NCBI GenBank assembly: GCA_043732705.1
Contig: JAYTHE010000029.1
Coordinates: 3,251-67,250 of the forward strand
Direction of reading: 5' to 3'
Length of the DNA: 64,000 nt
Source: Candidatus Omnitrophota bacterium
GTDB lineage: Bacteria; Omnitrophota; Omnitrophia; Omnitrophales; Aquincolibacteriaceae
Made by a program: the position numbers and the translations under genes. Shown piece after piece: positions 62,734-64,000 of the stretch. The notes beneath the pieces were generated by a model that was given only the letters and a program-made list of their open reading frames with translations, did no database searches and was not told the origin of the DNA. Numbering within the stretch: the stretch's first letter is position 1; the number at the start of each line of letters is the position of its first letter.

Positions 62734-62738
62734 GGGGC

Positions 62739-63596
62739 CTATTTTAACATATCCTCACGTCTTGAAATTCTCAAAAAGAGGTTCGCGAATTGCTCGATTT
62801 TAAGCTGATCCGCGCGAAGCTTTAAATCAAGATCGCAGTTTTTAAAAATAAGCTCCATATCAAGCCGGTTGGGCTTGGGGCCTTTTTGGCTCAACAATAG
62901 GGTGATTAATGTTTTTCTGCGTTCGCTGAAAGCAATTTTGATAAACTCCAAAAACGCGGGCCTGTCTTTAAGTTCAATTTGAGCAATCGGCTTAAAGCTG
63001 AACCGGATCACGGTGGAATCTACCGCGGGCGCGGGGGTAAAACACCCTTTTGAAACCGAAAAAAGACGCTGTGTCTTTCCAACCACGCCGGCCGCAGCAG
63101 CCAACCGGCCATATTTCAAAGAACCCGCTTCCGCCGCGAGCTTTTCGGAAACTTCCTTTTGCATCATCAAAACCGCGTTTGAAAAGGCCGGGGTTTCTTC
63201 GATCAATTTAAAAAGAATCGGCGTCGTGATGTAATAAGGGAGATTGCTGACAAGCTGCACATCCTCCAAACCTTCGCAAATCTCGCGAAAGTCACAATCC
63301 AAAACATCCGCATGAATCAAATGAAAGGTATCCGGAAATTCGGGTAGTAATTCTTTTTCAAGAATCTCCACAAATTTCGGGTCTTTTTCAATCGCAATGA
63401 CATTCATGCCATGCCGCAGAAGCTCGGTTGTTAAAGCTCCGAGGCCTGGTCCGATTTCCACAACCGTTTGGCCGATTTGAGGGTTAAGCGCGCCCACGAT
63501 TTTGCGGATAATATTTGCGTCAAGGAGAAGGTGCTGGCCCAAATCACCCTTCACTTGAATGCGGTATTTTTGAAGCAATGCTGTTTGAGAGATCAT
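62739..63596 (-). CDS. rsmA: 16S rRNA (adenine1518/1519-N6)-dimethyltransferase
   Basis: SAM-binding VVEIGPGLGALT and the KsgA N-terminus GQHLLLDANIIRKIV. Confidence 0.85.
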   Translation of the reverse strand: MISQTALLQKYRIQVKGDLGQHLLLDANIIRKIVGALNPQIGQTVVEIGPGLGALTTELLRHGMNVIAIEKDPKFVEILEKELLPEFPDTFHLIHADVLDCDFREICEGLEDVQLVSNLPYYITTPILFKLIEETPAFSNAVLMMQKEVSEKLAAEAGSLKYGRLAAAAGVVGKTQRLFSVSKGCFTPAPAVDSTVIRFSFKPIAQIELKDRPAFLEFIKIAFSERRKTLITLLLSQKGPKPNRLDMELIFKNCDLDLKLRADQLKIEQFANLFLRISRREDMLK

Positions 63597-64000
63597 AATG
63601 GCTTTGATGATACCCTGAGAAGACGTAAAGTCAAATCAAGAGCGCTTTGAAAAGACGAGGGATCCGCTTTACCGGTATAAGCAATATCAAAGGCGGTTCC
63701 ATGATCGGGCGAAGTCCGTAAATAAGGCAGTCCAAGCGTCACATTCACTCCGTCTCTGAAAGAAATCATTTTAAAGGGTGCCAAAGCTTGATCATGATAC
63801 ATCGCCAAGACTGCTCCGTGCTTCCCATGATAAGCGTCATAAAAAAGGCTGTCCGCCGGATAAGGCCCGCTGGTTTTACAGCCAAGGCGCCGGGCCTCAC
63901 GTACAGCGGGAAGAATCACCCTGTCTTCTTCCTCCCCTGTTTCTTTGCCATGTGGATTTAACGCGCAAACCGCCACATCTTGTTTTGCAAAGCGGTATTT
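63593..64000 (-). CDS. pdxA: 4-hydroxythreonine-4-phosphate dehydrogenase PdxA. Only the C-terminal part is in the window; the N-terminus lies beyond position 64000.
   Basis: C-terminal PdxA motifs HGKHGAVLAMYHDQALAPFK and GLPYLRTSPDHGTAFDIA. The reading frame stays open through the window end. Confidence 0.8.
   Translation of the reverse strand, partial: KYRFAKQDVAVCALNPHGKETGEEEDRVILPAVREARRLGCKTSGPYPADSLFYDAYHGKHGAVLAMYHDQALAPFKMISFRDGVNVTLGLPYLRTSPDHGTAFDIAYTGKADPSSFQSALDLTLRLLRVSSKPL

Overview
This is a 64 kb bacterial chromosomal segment that is almost entirely coding, with about 47 of 50 genes on the minus strand. The genome appears to be gram-negative and of moderate GC. I cannot assign a lineage; a possible Omnitrophota/Elusimicrobia-like origin is raised only because giant genes are described there.

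Most of the window is housekeeping and outer-membrane biogenesis:
- A threonine biosynthesis operon: hom, thrC and an ApgM-like metalloenzyme.
- msbA, and a leaderless Gfo/Idh/MocA-lpxB operon.
- Type III glutamine synthetase (glnN) with an adjacent GAF sigma-54 activator and a recognisable sigma-54 promoter.
- A bamA-skp-lpxC/fabZ-lpxA-lpxI cluster.
- dnaB, the rpsF-ssb-rpsR-rplI operon, pth and L25.
- prs, glmU, two sugar ABC permeases, clpX, a GIY-YIG protein, tRNA-Gln, ispE and hisG.
- tsaD, gatB, gatA and gatC, an S9 peptidase, Leu/Phe/Val dehydrogenase, purN, rsmI, a polyprenyl synthase, ksgA and pdxA.

The standout feature is one uninterrupted 16,578-nt ORF (25963..42540, minus strand) encoding a 5,525-aa multi-TM, multi-domain protein.
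- It has an N-terminal TraB/GumN/Tiki-like domain, an embedded actin/sugar-kinase (ASKHA) ATPase domain and a divergent alpha-glucan-phosphorylase-like (GT35-like) domain.
- About 21 copies of a short linear motif, [A/V/L]-R-S-E-x-R, are scattered every 30-950 aa, roughly at module boundaries.
- Several copies are immediately followed by signal-peptide or lipobox-like segments beginning M-R.
- I interpret this as a candidate modular polyprotein with conserved inter-module processing or recognition sites. I do not recognise it as described.

The window is also unusually rich in small structured intergenic repeats:
- A roughly 90-nt family (4-5 copies).
- A roughly 100-bp MITE-like element with 13-bp perfect terminal inverted repeats that abuts start codons (3 copies).
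- A REP-like 22-25-nt palindromic family (at least 10 copies, one inserted in-frame into the bamA linker).
- A 27-bp perfect palindrome (2 copies).
- Degenerate tRNA-Gln 5' fragments.

There are also:
- A small XRE-HTH plus minimal-nucleotidyltransferase two-gene module.
- A 32-aa highly basic small ORF.
- A 560-nt structured noncoding interval.
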